From the NCBI GenBank assembly GCA_017466685.1, contig JAFTTS010000045.1, forward strand, positions 19 to 64,018: a stretch of 64,000 nucleotides of DNA. The letters are read 5' to 3'. The translations under genes and the position numbers were made by a program. The notes under the pieces were generated by a model that was given only the letters and a program-made list of their open reading frames with translations, made no database searches and was not told where the DNA came from. Origin of the DNA: Clostridia bacterium (GTDB lineage: Bacteria > Bacillota > Clostridia > Oscillospirales > CAG-272). Each line of letters begins with the position of its first letter. Positions within the stretch are counted from its first letter, which is position 1. Shown piece by piece: positions 9,578 through 18,743 of the stretch.

Positions 9578-10744
9578 TTAATATTCGTAAGTATTACCGC
9601 CGTCGATTATTGTAACGTGGTTCTTACCGTCACCGGAAGCCTCACAGTGTCCGACGATCTTCGCTTCAACACCATACTTCTCTGCAGCCGCAATAATAAA
9701 CTGTGCGTCAGCCGCATCGCAGTAAAGCTCCATTCTGTGTCCCATATTGAACACCTGATACATTTCTTTATCGCCAATGTCGGAGTTCTTCTTGATAGCG
9801 GCAAAAAGCGGAGGTGTATCAAAAAGATTATCCTTAATATAATGAATACCCGAGCCGAAGTTTTTACACTTTGCCTGTCCGCCGCCGGTACAGTGGATCA
9901 TACCGTGTACAGCCGAACGCTTTGTGTCGAGTATCTCCTTGATGATTGGAGCATATGTACGTGTTGGCGAAAGAATAGCATCAATTGCAGTAACGTCGGT
10001 TCCGGGGAGAATATCGTTAACGCCGTATGTACCGCAGTAAACCTTGGAATTATCGATGGTGTTCGAGTATGTTTCGGGATACTTCGCCGCATATTCATGA
10101 GAAAGCATGAGGTGACGTGCCGCAGTCAGACCGTTCGAGCCCATACCTGCGTTGTACGCCTTTTCGTAGGTCGCCTTACCGTAAGAAGCAAGACCAACAA
10201 TAACGTCGCCTGCCTTGATATTGTCACAGTCGATAACGTCACTGCGTTTCATTCTGACAAAGAAGGTAGAGTCAACGATAAGAGTTGAAACAAGGTCACC
10301 AACGTCCGCAGTCTCACCGCCCGACATCGTGATTCCGACGCCGTAGCCTTTAAGCATCTCACAGAAATCGGTGTAACCGTCGATAACCGCCTTGATAGCC
10401 TCACCGTTTACGCGATGAGCATTTCTTCCGATGGTGTTTGAAAGCACGAAGCCGTCCGTCGCACCGATACAGAGAAGATCATCAAGGTTCATTACAACGG
10501 AATCCTGCGCGATATTGTAGAACGCGGAAAGATCACCCGTTTCCTTATATTTGATGTAAGCAAGCGAGGATTTTGTTCCGGCACCGTCGGCGTGCATAGC
10601 CGCACAGTATTCGGGATCACCGCAGGGATCGGGAATTATCTTACAGAATGCACCGGCGAAAACACCCTTGTCCTGCTTTGAAATTGCACTGTGTACCTCG
10701 TCTTTGGTGGCAGAAACGCCACGGGATAAATAAGCGTCAGACAT
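9578..10744 (-). CDS. purM: Phosphoribosylformylglycinamidine cyclo-ligase (AIR synthase), long Bacteroidetes-like subtype
   Basis: RGVSATKDEVH, HADGAGTKS, GGETADVGD, HCTGGGQ, MYQVFNMGHRME. Confidence 0.9.
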   Translation of the reverse strand: MSDAYLSRGVSATKDEVHSAISKQDKGVFAGAFCKIIPDPCGDPEYCAAMHADGAGTKSSLAYIKYKETGDLSAFYNIAQDSVVMNLDDLLCIGATDGFVLSNTIGRNAHRVNGEAIKAVIDGYTDFCEMLKGYGVGITMSGGETADVGDLVSTLIVDSTFFVRMKRSDVIDCDNIKAGDVIVGLASYGKATYEKAYNAGMGSNGLTAARHLMLSHEYAAKYPETYSNTIDNSKVYCGTYGVNDILPGTDVTAIDAILSPTRTYAPIIKEILDTKRSAVHGMIHCTGGGQAKCKNFGSGIHYIKDNLFDTPPLFAAIKKNSDIGDKEMYQVFNMGHRMELYCDAADAQFIIAAAEKYGVEAKIVGHCEASGDGKNHVTIIDGGNTYEY

Positions 10745-10800
10745 TTTTATATCTCCTTTTGAATATATATTTTAAATTTATTGTAAATCAAGCCGTAAAT

Positions 10801-11346
10801 TTAAAGCTCGATCTGCATTGCATCGGTTGAATTGGGATAGCAGGTGACATCCAGGATCCGCTGATTTGCACTGCCGCGGAATTTTAGTGTAAGATCACGC
10901 TTTGCATCAACATACCGTCCGTCAACAAGATAATTCGTCTCGGATAAAAGCTCATGAACAGACGGCTCGGTTTCACATTTTTTCAGAAGCTGTTCGTATG
11001 TAAAACCGCTGTAGGTCATTATATCAAGTCCCCGGTCACGCGCTTTTTTCGCGATAACGGCAAGCTCGTGTCCCCATAAAAACGGTTCACCGCCGCTGAA
11101 CGTAAGTCCTTTAATAAGCGGATTTTTGCAGATGTCGCGCCAAAGCTTATCTGTCGTTGTCAGCTTTCCGCCCGAATACGAATGCGACTCGGGATTGTGA
11201 CAGTTATAACACTTGTGCGGACAGCCCTGCGTGAATATCACGTACCGAAGCTGCGGCCCGTCAACGATCGATTCGCGAACAACACCAAACAGTCGTATCG
11301 GCAGGCTTTCGATCGGCTCGTCATTGCCGAAATTTCTCTGTAACAT
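10801..11346 (-). CDS. nrdG: Anaerobic ribonucleotide reductase activating enzyme (radical SAM)
   Basis: SIVDGP, FTQGCPHKCYNCHNP (CxxxCxxC), TFSGGEPF, FRGSANQR. Confidence 0.9.
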   Translation of the reverse strand: MLQRNFGNDEPIESLPIRLFGVVRESIVDGPQLRYVIFTQGCPHKCYNCHNPESHSYSGGKLTTTDKLWRDICKNPLIKGLTFSGGEPFLWGHELAVIAKKARDRGLDIMTYSGFTYEQLLKKCETEPSVHELLSETNYLVDGRYVDAKRDLTLKFRGSANQRILDVTCYPNSTDAMQIEL

Positions 11347-11360
11347 TTTTTATAATTCCT

Positions 11361-11636
11361 TTATAAAACAAGATTTATCACCGTCGCCGTTATAAGAAGA
11401 AGCGCGATAACAATAAGACTGATAATGCGGATAAGCGCGGTAATACCCGGCTCTCTTCCCTCTCGCTTGTCTTTTCTGTAAGCGATAATATCAATCACCG
11501 AAAGTATCACCATAGCAAGCGACATAAGCGGAAGAACATAATTTGCCGCCGTAGCTTCATCGGTGAAACGAGCAAAAAGTGCCGCCGCCAAAAGAAGCAC
11601 CGCCGTTACCATACCGTAGATCTTCAGCTTACTCAT
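11361..11636 (-). CDS. Small hypothetical membrane protein (3 TM)
   Basis: 91-aa ORF with three hydrophobic segments. Overlaps the upstream gene by 8 nt with a GGAG RBS. Confidence 0.7.
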   Translation of the reverse strand: MSKLKIYGMVTAVLLLAAALFARFTDEATAANYVLPLMSLAMVILSVIDIIAYRKDKREGREPGITALIRIISLIVIALLLITATVINLVL

Positions 11637-14600
11637 CGGTCTCCTCCCTCTTGCGACTCAACAACACGATAACAATCACCGTTATGGCAGCGACTATGAT
11701 ACCGCCACCGATCCACATGAATTTTTCATAATCGGGTTCGGAATCGGGTGACTGCCGTTTCTCACGTGACTGCTCAATAACATCAGCCAGCGATTCATCG
11801 TTATATACGCTCGAAAGTCCGTCAAGCGATTTAACAGACAGCGAGGAGGACTGTATCTCTCCACCACCGACAAGTATCTGCAAGCCGTCAACAGAATCCG
11901 CATTTTCAAAATTAGTGCCAACATCAATATAAAGAGTTGTCCATTCGCCCTGATTGACCTCGCCGAGTGCTTCAAATCGTTCCCCCCCGGCAAAGAGAAC
12001 CACCTTCACGGGAACGGGAATTACTATCGTCGGGCTGACCTTGGTAACCTTTATCGTAAGCTCAAGGATCGGAGTCAGAGAAAAGTCCTCGGGATACTCA
12101 AAGCTATGGAAAATACCCATCCAACCGGGATTTCCGCCATCGCCGTAAAGTGAACCGTCAAGCGGTGCCGACAAAACATTTCCCGTATCGCTGACTATCC
12201 TCAGTGACTTCGAAAAATATCCCGGCTTAATGTCTCCGATGCTCGAAGTTCCGCTGAACGTATAATATGAGAAGCGTCCCCGTACATTTTCTGGCGCAGT
12301 CACGGTTGCCGCGGCAGAGGTGAGCAGCTTGTTCTTTAACTTACCCGAGTCATAATTCGGAAAAAGATCAAAAAAGCTTTCAACCTCAAGGCGTGTTGCC
12401 ACCTCATCCGTAACGCTCGACGAACGGTCCGTGTCTATAAGCCGTACCGCCTCTGTGATACCGTTATTGTAAGCGGCTGTGCAGGCAATGTAAGCGTCAA
12501 CCTTGTCGTCAAAGAGTGCCATATAGTATCCGAGGGCAAAACTTTCAAGCTTTTCCTCATCGCTCACAACCGAAACCGTATAAACAGAATCGCAGAATAT
12601 AATATGCTTGCCGGAGCAGTTATTGTTTCGGAGGATATCCTTGATGGACGTACAGTCTTTTGTGTCAATATATTCCGAGGTCTCATCCTTACCAACGCGG
12701 TATATTCTTTCGATGGCAACCTCCCATGGAAACTGTCCGTATGCCTCGGTCTCTCCGATAAGTAAGGGGAGATACTCTGTAAGATCTGTCTCATCGGAGC
12801 GCAGACCGTTATCCGAGATAAGAAGATCGGTCAGTGAAACATACACCTTCGCCGAGGGATTGACCGCCGCAAGATTCATATAGATACTGCGAAGATTATA
12901 TGCAGTGTATCTTACCGCGTCACGAAGCGATTCACCCTCTGCGATAATATTCTCGCCGAAGCCGTACACAACGCCGATAACGCGTCCGCCACGACACCAG
13001 TTTTCGGCTGTGTATGCACCGAGTGCGGCGATATATTCGGTGCCGTCATCTGCCTTTATCATCTTGGCATAGTTGATATAATCATCCGCACTGTAAGTCG
13101 CGTAAAGCTCGTCGGCATATCCGTGTGACCAGCCGCTAAAACGAAGCAGGACTTGTACACCGGCATCGGAAAGGACGGTTATCTTCTGCGAAAGAGAATC
13201 AAGATAGGTTTCATTCAGATAATACGCCTTACCGTTGTAAATATACTGAAAGCCCTCACTCTTGTTAACAAACGCAAGCTGAGTGTCAACCTCAAGCAAG
13301 GTGACACCGACATCAAGATCACCGATAAGTGAAATATCAGGCGTGAAAAATCCCTTTTCATCGGCAGAAAACGCAGTTGCTTCACCTGCACGCTTTTCGG
13401 GATTACTTAAATAGAACGGCTTATCAATCAGGGTATATCCGCCGCCTTCATGCAGGATAACGGCAAGAAAACGGCTGTGCAGTGCGTGTTTATTGCTGCT
13501 TGATATTTTCCATTTCAAATCAAAGCGTGCGCTCATAAGTCCCGTAACGATCGGTGTTTTTGAAAGAAGCTCATCGTCGCTCGGAAGGTCAGCACTGTCC
13601 CAGGCATATATCGCGATCTGTCCCGATTGGTTTGCGATTGCGATCTCGCTGTCAACCTCGCCGATAAAGCTTACCGTAACAAAATCGTCATTAATGTAAC
13701 ACGAGCTGATCTTTCCGCACGTTACATAATCGTCCGCCTTATACTGCACCGTGGGTGTTATGGATAAAAGCTCAACACTTCCCGTCCCTGCTTCAAAAAC
13801 AAGCCTTATACTGTGAAGCATGGAAATATCACCGACGTGTGCATAGAGATACTGTGCATCCTCACCCTTTGACATCGGCACAACAACGCTCTTGTCCTCA
13901 CTGTTCACCTGCGTATCCGAGGTGGAATAATAAAGCGTAAAGCTGTCGGATTCGCTTTTATTGATAAGCTTTATACGGAGCGTATTGGCGTCCAAAATCC
14001 CCTCAGGCAGTGAAACATCCGCCTCAAGCTGCATATCCTCCGTTTGCGATGACACCATCAGTATGCTCTTTTTTTCAGGAGAAAACGACGCTGTACCGCC
14101 CGTTACCGAATAAACATCAAACATAAACCGTTCGGTCAGTTCACGGTCGATCATCTCGTCGGCATAAACACTGTCAATATAAAAATTGTATACGCCCGTC
14201 TGCGGCAGAGTTGTGTCAATCGTAACCTCTATCTGCGCTGACACAATATCGCTTCGTCCGTTCCACATACCGATATCAACAGAAACGGTATTCCACTGTC
14301 CGCCCGTGATAAGACCGAGCTGCTTTACGGTGTCTCCTTCGCTCGTGGCAAGTATCAGTCGGGTGTAATAAACGGCATTGGGATCGGGAGCATAAAGCGG
14401 AACATATATGTCATATTTTATCTTGCGGTACTTTGAGAGGTCAAGGCTCTCCTCAAATTTCACCAAAACCGAGCGCATATCACCGGCATCCCCCCATCGG
14501 GATGTAACCTCAAGCAAGGAGCGTTCCTCGCCGCCAAGGGTGAGCGTTCTGCGGCGTGCCGTGTAAACATTTTCATAAGGAGTGAAGCCATCGGAGGAAG

Positions 14601-14736
14601 CCCCAAAGTCGGCGATAGTATATACATCCCCGGGTTCTGCAAAAGCGGTAACGCCAAACATTAAAGCAGTCAGTATAAGCATAAAAATGAACACAAAGCC
14701 ATACCGCAAACGTCCGATTTTTCCCGCGTTTTTCAC
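11629..14736 (-). CDS. Large secreted, C-terminally membrane-anchored DUF5722-like protein with flanking CBM-like domains
   Basis: Signal peptide (..VTAFA|E). Segments resembling DUF5722 (HSRFLAV..YLSNPE..EKGF..DL, YIYNGKAYYLN). C-terminal TM helix plus basic tail. GGAGG RBS before the GTG. Confidence 0.7.
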   Translation of the reverse strand: MKNAGKIGRLRYGFVFIFMLILTALMFGVTAFAEPGDVYTIADFGASSDGFTPYENVYTARRRTLTLGGEERSLLEVTSRWGDAGDMRSVLVKFEESLDLSKYRKIKYDIYVPLYAPDPNAVYYTRLILATSEGDTVKQLGLITGGQWNTVSVDIGMWNGRSDIVSAQIEVTIDTTLPQTGVYNFYIDSVYADEMIDRELTERFMFDVYSVTGGTASFSPEKKSILMVSSQTEDMQLEADVSLPEGILDANTLRIKLINKSESDSFTLYYSTSDTQVNSEDKSVVVPMSKGEDAQYLYAHVGDISMLHSIRLVFEAGTGSVELLSITPTVQYKADDYVTCGKISSCYINDDFVTVSFIGEVDSEIAIANQSGQIAIYAWDSADLPSDDELLSKTPIVTGLMSARFDLKWKISSSNKHALHSRFLAVILHEGGGYTLIDKPFYLSNPEKRAGEATAFSADEKGFFTPDISLIGDLDVGVTLLEVDTQLAFVNKSEGFQYIYNGKAYYLNETYLDSLSQKITVLSDAGVQVLLRFSGWSHGYADELYATYSADDYINYAKMIKADDGTEYIAALGAYTAENWCRGGRVIGVVYGFGENIIAEGESLRDAVRYTAYNLRSIYMNLAAVNPSAKVYVSLTDLLISDNGLRSDETDLTEYLPLLIGETEAYGQFPWEVAIERIYRVGKDETSEYIDTKDCTSIKDILRNNNCSGKHIIFCDSVYTVSVVSDEEKLESFALGYYMALFDDKVDAYIACTAAYNNGITEAVRLIDTDRSSSVTDEVATRLEVESFFDLFPNYDSGKLKNKLLTSAAATVTAPENVRGRFSYYTFSGTSSIGDIKPGYFSKSLRIVSDTGNVLSAPLDGSLYGDGGNPGWMGIFHSFEYPEDFSLTPILELTIKVTKVSPTIVIPVPVKVVLFAGGERFEALGEVNQGEWTTLYIDVGTNFENADSVDGLQILVGGGEIQSSSLSVKSLDGLSSVYNDESLADVIEQSREKRQSPDSEPDYEKFMWIGGGIIVAAITVIVIVLLSRKREETDE

Positions 14737-14847
14737 CGATGCATACCTCCATAATATAACAATAAAATATATATAATTATATTATATCATTTTTTTCTGA
14801 AAAAAGCAAATGTTTTTTTGAATTTCATACAAATTTTCGATAGACTG

Positions 14848-14876
14848 TTGTAATAACGCAAAAACTATGGTATAAT
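14848..14876 (+). promoter_or_regulatory. Sigma-A promoter of metA
   Basis: TTGTAA, 17-nt spacer, TGgTATAAT (extended -10). Confidence 0.65.
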
Positions 14877-14942
14877 AGTTGCAATCGATAGCGAAGGCTT
14901 CTATTTTTGAAAGCCGAATATTACTGTAACAAGGAGACAAAA

Positions 14943-15866
14943 ATGCCTATTAAAATACCGCAGGGACTTCCTGCCGCAGAAACTCTTGAAGGCGAAAATA
15001 TATTTGTAATGAGTGATTTTCGCGCCGAGCATCAGGATATACGTCCACTGAAGATCGCGGTGCTCAATCTGATGCCGACCAAGATCACCACCGAAACACA
15101 GCTCATACGCCTTCTCTCAAACAGCTCGCTGCAGATAGAGATCACCCTGCTCCAGACCGCAACACACCGTTCAACTCACACCTCTGAAGAACATATGAAG
15201 GCCTTTTATAAAAACTTTGACGACATAAGAGGCGAAAACTTCGACGGACTTATCATCACAGGTGCACCGGTTGAAAACCTCGATTTCCACGACGTTACAT
15301 ACTGGGATGAGCTCTGTGACATCATGGAATGGTCGAAGACACACGTTTTTTCAACGCTTCACATCTGTTGGGCGGCACAGGCAGGACTGCATTATCATTA
15401 CGGCGTTAACAAGCATCCGCTCGATAAAAAGATGTTCGGCGTTTTCGATCACTATGCACTCCGTCCAAACCATCCGATCGTACGCGGCTTTGACGAGGTA
15501 TTCAAAGCACCGCACTCACGTCACACGGGTATCGCCGAAAGTGAAATAACCAAGGTGAGCGAGCTTGAGCTTATCGCAAGAAGTGACATCGCAGGTCCTT
15601 ATATTATCGCCGCAAAAAATTCGCGTATGCTTTTTGTAACGGGACATTCGGAATATGATTATGACACCCTTTCAAAGGAATATTTCCGTGACGTTGACAA
15701 GGGACTTGAGATCGAGCTTCCGTATAACTATTTCCCGAACAACGATCCGCAAAGACGTCCTCCGAACGTGTGGCGCGGACACTCCAACCTGTTATTCTCC
15801 AATTGGCTTAACTATTTTGTATATCAGAACACACCGTACGATCTTGACGACCTTTCAAAAGCGTAA
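14943..15866 (+). CDS. metA: Homoserine O-acyltransferase MetA, probably acetyl-specific
   Basis: [27 protein letters not shown] (Glu at the position associated with acetyl-CoA use), [24 protein letters not shown] before ATG 14943. Confidence 0.95.
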   Translation: MPIKIPQGLPAAETLEGENIFVMSDFRAEHQDIRPLKIAVLNLMPTKITTETQLIRLLSNSSLQIEITLLQTATHRSTHTSEEHMKAFYKNFDDIRGENFDGLIITGAPVENLDFHDVTYWDELCDIMEWSKTHVFSTLHICWAAQAGLHYHYGVNKHPLDKKMFGVFDHYALRPNHPIVRGFDEVFKAPHSRHTGIAESEITKVSELELIARSDIAGPYIIAAKNSRMLFVTGHSEYDYDTLSKEYFRDVDKGLEIELPYNYFPNNDPQRRPPNVWRGHSNLLFSNWLNYFVYQNTPYDLDDLSKA

Positions 15867-15943
15867 ATATTTTTTCACACTTTGCAAACACTAATACTGC
15901 GGGCGAAATAAACCGCGGTATTTTTATTTTTGGAAGTGATATC

Positions 15944-16369
15944 ATGGATAAAAACGAAGCCTTACTTCAGGAAATTTATAAAAACACAACAATGGGCGGT
16001 GACGCGCTTATTGACCTTATGGACAAAACTCAGAATCCGGAAATGCGTACCGAAATGACACGTGAGCTTGAGCGATACCGTGAATACTCATCACGTGCAA
16101 CAAATCTGCTCGCCGAGAGAGGACTCAAGCCCGAGGAACCGGGTATGATGGCAAAGGCAGGCAGTAAGATCGGTATGGCGTTCAACACCATGCTCGACAC
16201 AACGACCTCGCACATCGCCGAAATGATGATAAACGGCGCAACAATGGGTATTATCAACATCGAAAAGCAGTTCAACGAAAACAATCCCACCGGTGAAGCA
16301 CGCAAGCTCGCCGAGGAGGTTCTCGATTTTGAAAAAAGCACCGCCGATAATTTAGCGAGATTTCTTTGA
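15944..16369 (+). CDS. Conserved hypothetical all-helical protein (possibly ferritin-like, possibly sporulation-associated)
   Basis: Clean 141-aa ORF with its own RBS and terminator and an amphipathic helical pattern. Function is not recognised. Confidence 0.65.
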   Translation: MDKNEALLQEIYKNTTMGGDALIDLMDKTQNPEMRTEMTRELERYREYSSRATNLLAERGLKPEEPGMMAKAGSKIGMAFNTMLDTTTSHIAEMMINGATMGIINIEKQFNENNPTGEARKLAEEVLDFEKSTADNLARFL

Positions 16370-16393
16370 GTTTCCCTTTTAGCAAAAAAACAA

Positions 16394-16430
16394 TGGTATC
16401 CGCATATTATGTGCAGATACCACATTTTTT
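16394..16430. terminator. Bidirectional intrinsic terminator
   Basis: TGGTATC..GATACCA stem flanked by A7 and T tracts, between convergent genes. Confidence 0.7.
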
Positions 16431-16431
16431 A

Positions 16432-18006
16432 TTACTTGGCAAATAATGCTTCCGGATCAAGATATGCGCCGTCTTTGATCATGGCAAATCCGAGATTCGG
16501 ACCTGTCACTTCGCCCGTGCTTCCGACTGCTCCGATCTTTTCACCGCTCGCAACCTCATCTCCGATAGAGACAAGTGACTTTTCAAGATGGTGATAAAGC
16601 GTTATCCATCCGTCGCCGTGATCGACTTCGATAAAGTTACCCACCGACGGATTATATCCGCAGTTTGTGACTTTACCGTCTGCCGCGACGAAAACATCCG
16701 CACCGAGTGCCGCAGAAACGTTCACTCCGTTATTGAATATAACTACTCCGAACGGATTTGTGCGGCTGCCGAAATGACCTGTTATCTCGCCGTATTCGGC
16801 AAGTGGGCAGGAAAACTCAAGCACAGAGATTGGCTGGGAAGACTCAAGTATAACACCCTCAAGCTCACATTCAACATCGTCGATATAAATATCCTCAACA
16901 GTCGTCACTTCATAGAGCATCTCCACGGTCGTTTCATCATAGATGTTATCCACGTAAACAGACGGTTCTTCCCCGATTTCAATTTTACTGTCAGCAGGTG
17001 TCTCTTTCACGTCCTCAACCTCGATCTCAACAGACAGATCCTCCGTTTCCTCGGGTTCGACGAATGTTGTCACAACCTCTGATTCTGTTTCATTTTCAGG
17101 CTTGCTGTCTGCTTCAACCGCCGTTACACTTATAAAGAAAACCGTCATCATTGAAAGTATAAGTCCTGCGCCAATAAAGCTGCATATTGTTATTTTTTTC
17201 GATTTCATAATAAATTCAATCCTTTCATTCAGCACCGGCGCACCGAATGAGCAAACCGCCTCTGTCATGCGAACCTCTTCTGCGGCAATAAGGCAAAGCG
17301 CATAATCATAGTTACTCGTCCCACCGCTTAAAACCGTCTCGTCGCACGCAAGCTCAATATCACGATTTGCAAGCTGCCACATAACCCATACAAGCGGATT
17401 ACACCAATTAAGGCAGACCGCTGCGGCAATAAGCCATTTAACAAGCTGATCTGCGCATTTGATGTGCTGCTTTTCATGGGCAATTATCAGCTCAAGTCGG
17501 GAAATATCGAGCGCGAGCATTTGTGACGGAATAAATATGATCGGGCGAAAAACTCCGCAGGAAAACGGCACACCTGCACCGTCCCCGTATCGTACATCCG
17601 CTCCACACCTACAAATCTCATATTTTTCGCTGACAGGCTCGGCATGAAGTGCGATTTTTCTCATTCGTACATACGCCGATATTAAAAATCCTGCGCTGAT
17701 TACCGTTCCGAGTGCAAGGACTGATTTTATGATCACATCAAAGTCAAAATGAGCTGCTTCAGGCGCAGTGGCATCCCCCTGATATACCGCATCCGACGCA
17801 TCGATATACACCGTTTGCGTAGGATTTGCAGGCTGCTCTACTTCGATCTCTATTTCAAAATTAAATGAAAAAGGTATAAGAAACCGAAGTGCCGCAAGTA
17901 TCCAGAGAAGGCGAAAACAGCGTTTGGGCAGCCGCTTCAAAAGAAACAACCGCAGCACTATGATGACAAGTATCATCACACTTGCGCTGATTGCCGACGT
18001 AATCAT
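16432..18006 (-). CDS. BlaR1/MecR1-type M56 signal-transducing protease fused to a degenerate C-terminal M23 domain
   Basis: M56 motifs LWILAALRFLIP, GVFRPIIFIP, AHEKQH, WCNPLVW, DIELACDE. M23 fold (GNFIEVDHG..TLYHHL..GDEV..GEKIGAVGSTGEVTGP) with HxxxD read as NNGVN and HxH read as NLG. Confidence 0.88.
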   Translation of the reverse strand: MITSAISASVMILVIIVLRLFLLKRLPKRCFRLLWILAALRFLIPFSFNFEIEIEVEQPANPTQTVYIDASDAVYQGDATAPEAAHFDFDVIIKSVLALGTVISAGFLISAYVRMRKIALHAEPVSEKYEICRCGADVRYGDGAGVPFSCGVFRPIIFIPSQMLALDISRLELIIAHEKQHIKCADQLVKWLIAAAVCLNWCNPLVWVMWQLANRDIELACDETVLSGGTSNYDYALCLIAAEEVRMTEAVCSFGAPVLNERIEFIMKSKKITICSFIGAGLILSMMTVFFISVTAVEADSKPENETESEVVTTFVEPEETEDLSVEIEVEDVKETPADSKIEIGEEPSVYVDNIYDETTVEMLYEVTTVEDIYIDDVECELEGVILESSQPISVLEFSCPLAEYGEITGHFGSRTNPFGVVIFNNGVNVSAALGADVFVAADGKVTNCGYNPSVGNFIEVDHGDGWITLYHHLEKSLVSIGDEVASGEKIGAVGSTGEVTGPNLGFAMIKDGAYLDPEALFAK

Positions 18007-18362
18007 TTTAGCTCCTCCACCATCGCTTTAAGGCGTGCGATTTCTTCGGATGAAAGCCGTTTTCCCTCAATAAGACAGGCAACAAGCTTGTCCGCCGCAC
18101 CCTCATAAAGCTTATCGATAAGCTCGGAGGTTTCGATCTCCTGCACCTCGCGCTTTGTAACAAGGGCATGACAGAGAAAATTCGGCTCACTTCGTTTGAT
18201 CGCATCCTTTGCAATACATTTCTTGATGACTGTATATGTGGTGTTGACGTTCCAGCCGATTTCTTCGCCGAGGATTTCGGCAATTTGTTTTGCGGTGGTG
18301 TCGCCGTTTTTCCAGAGCACATTCATCACCTTTAATTCGGAATCGAATAATTTTATTGTCAT
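18003..18362 (-). CDS. BlaI/MecI/CopY-family repressor
   Basis: LFDSELKVMNVLW, GWNVNTTYTVIKK, LSSEEIARLK. ATGA-coupled to the M56 gene. Confidence 0.92.
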   Translation of the reverse strand: MTIKLFDSELKVMNVLWKNGDTTAKQIAEILGEEIGWNVNTTYTVIKKCIAKDAIKRSEPNFLCHALVTKREVQEIETSELIDKLYEGAADKLVACLIEGKRLSSEEIARLKAMVEELK

Positions 18363-18418
18363 AAAACTCTCCTTTGTTTTGACGCTTCACATGGGCGTGC
18401 ACTCCCACGATCTGCGCC

Positions 18419-18485
18419 ATACTATCATGATAGTATATACATTCTACCACAATAGTATGGATTTGTCAATACTACTCGAGTAGTT
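18419..18485 (-). promoter_or_regulatory. blaI-blaR promoter with three operator-like palindromes (TACTA-N6-TAGTA)
   Basis: TTGACA (18469-18464), 17-nt spacer, TGgTAGAAT (18446-18441). Perfect palindromes ATACTATCATGATAGTAT (18419-18436) and ACTACTCGAGTAGT (18471-18484), plus the imperfect TTCTA-CCACAA-TAGTA (18442-18457). Confidence 0.8.
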
Positions 18486-18544
18486 TTTTGAAAAAATTTT
18501 TTATCAGCGGCGAAAACGCTCAAATCAAAAGCCGGCAAAAAAGG

Positions 18545-18575
18545 AAAAAGCCGCCATTCAAACCTGCGGCTCTTT
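18545..18575 (-). terminator. Terminator after spoVM
   Basis: AGCCGC..GCGGCT stem followed by a T tract on the minus strand. Confidence 0.6.
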
Positions 18576-18583
18576 CGATATAT

Positions 18584-18661
18584 TCACTTTTTTCCGATTT
18601 TAAAAATTCTTCTGAGAAGCGGAACAAATATCCGCGGTGACTTCATAACAACAACTTTCAT
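18584..18661 (-). CDS. spoVM: Stage V sporulation protein M (25 aa, absent from the ORF track)
   Basis: Translates as MKVVVMKSPRIFVPLLRRIFKIGKK*: an amphipathic peptide with Pro9, directly downstream of thiN as in Bacillus subtilis. Confidence 0.85.
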   Translation of the reverse strand: MKVVVMKSPRIFVPLLRRIFKIGKK

Positions 18662-18743
18662 AAGTATAACATATCCCTTCGTGAGTGTAATTGGCACGCT
18701 TGTTTACTCCTCACTTCAGCATATGCGCATTTTTGCAAGTTTG

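Noticed and set aside
10801-11346. nrdG without an adjacent nrdD
   Set aside because: Separation of nrdD and nrdG is not unusual and cannot be assessed from one window.
11982-11988. C7/G7 homopolymer as a phase-variation tract
   Set aside because: It is short, in frame and encodes Gly-Gly, with no sign of slippage.
14878-14936. Possible SAM riboswitch before metA (GTTGCA/TGTAAC pairing, GGCTT/AAGCC hairpin)
   Set aside because: The 5' strand lies at or upstream of the predicted transcription start. The leader is about 60 nt with no S-box, SMK or T-box consensus.
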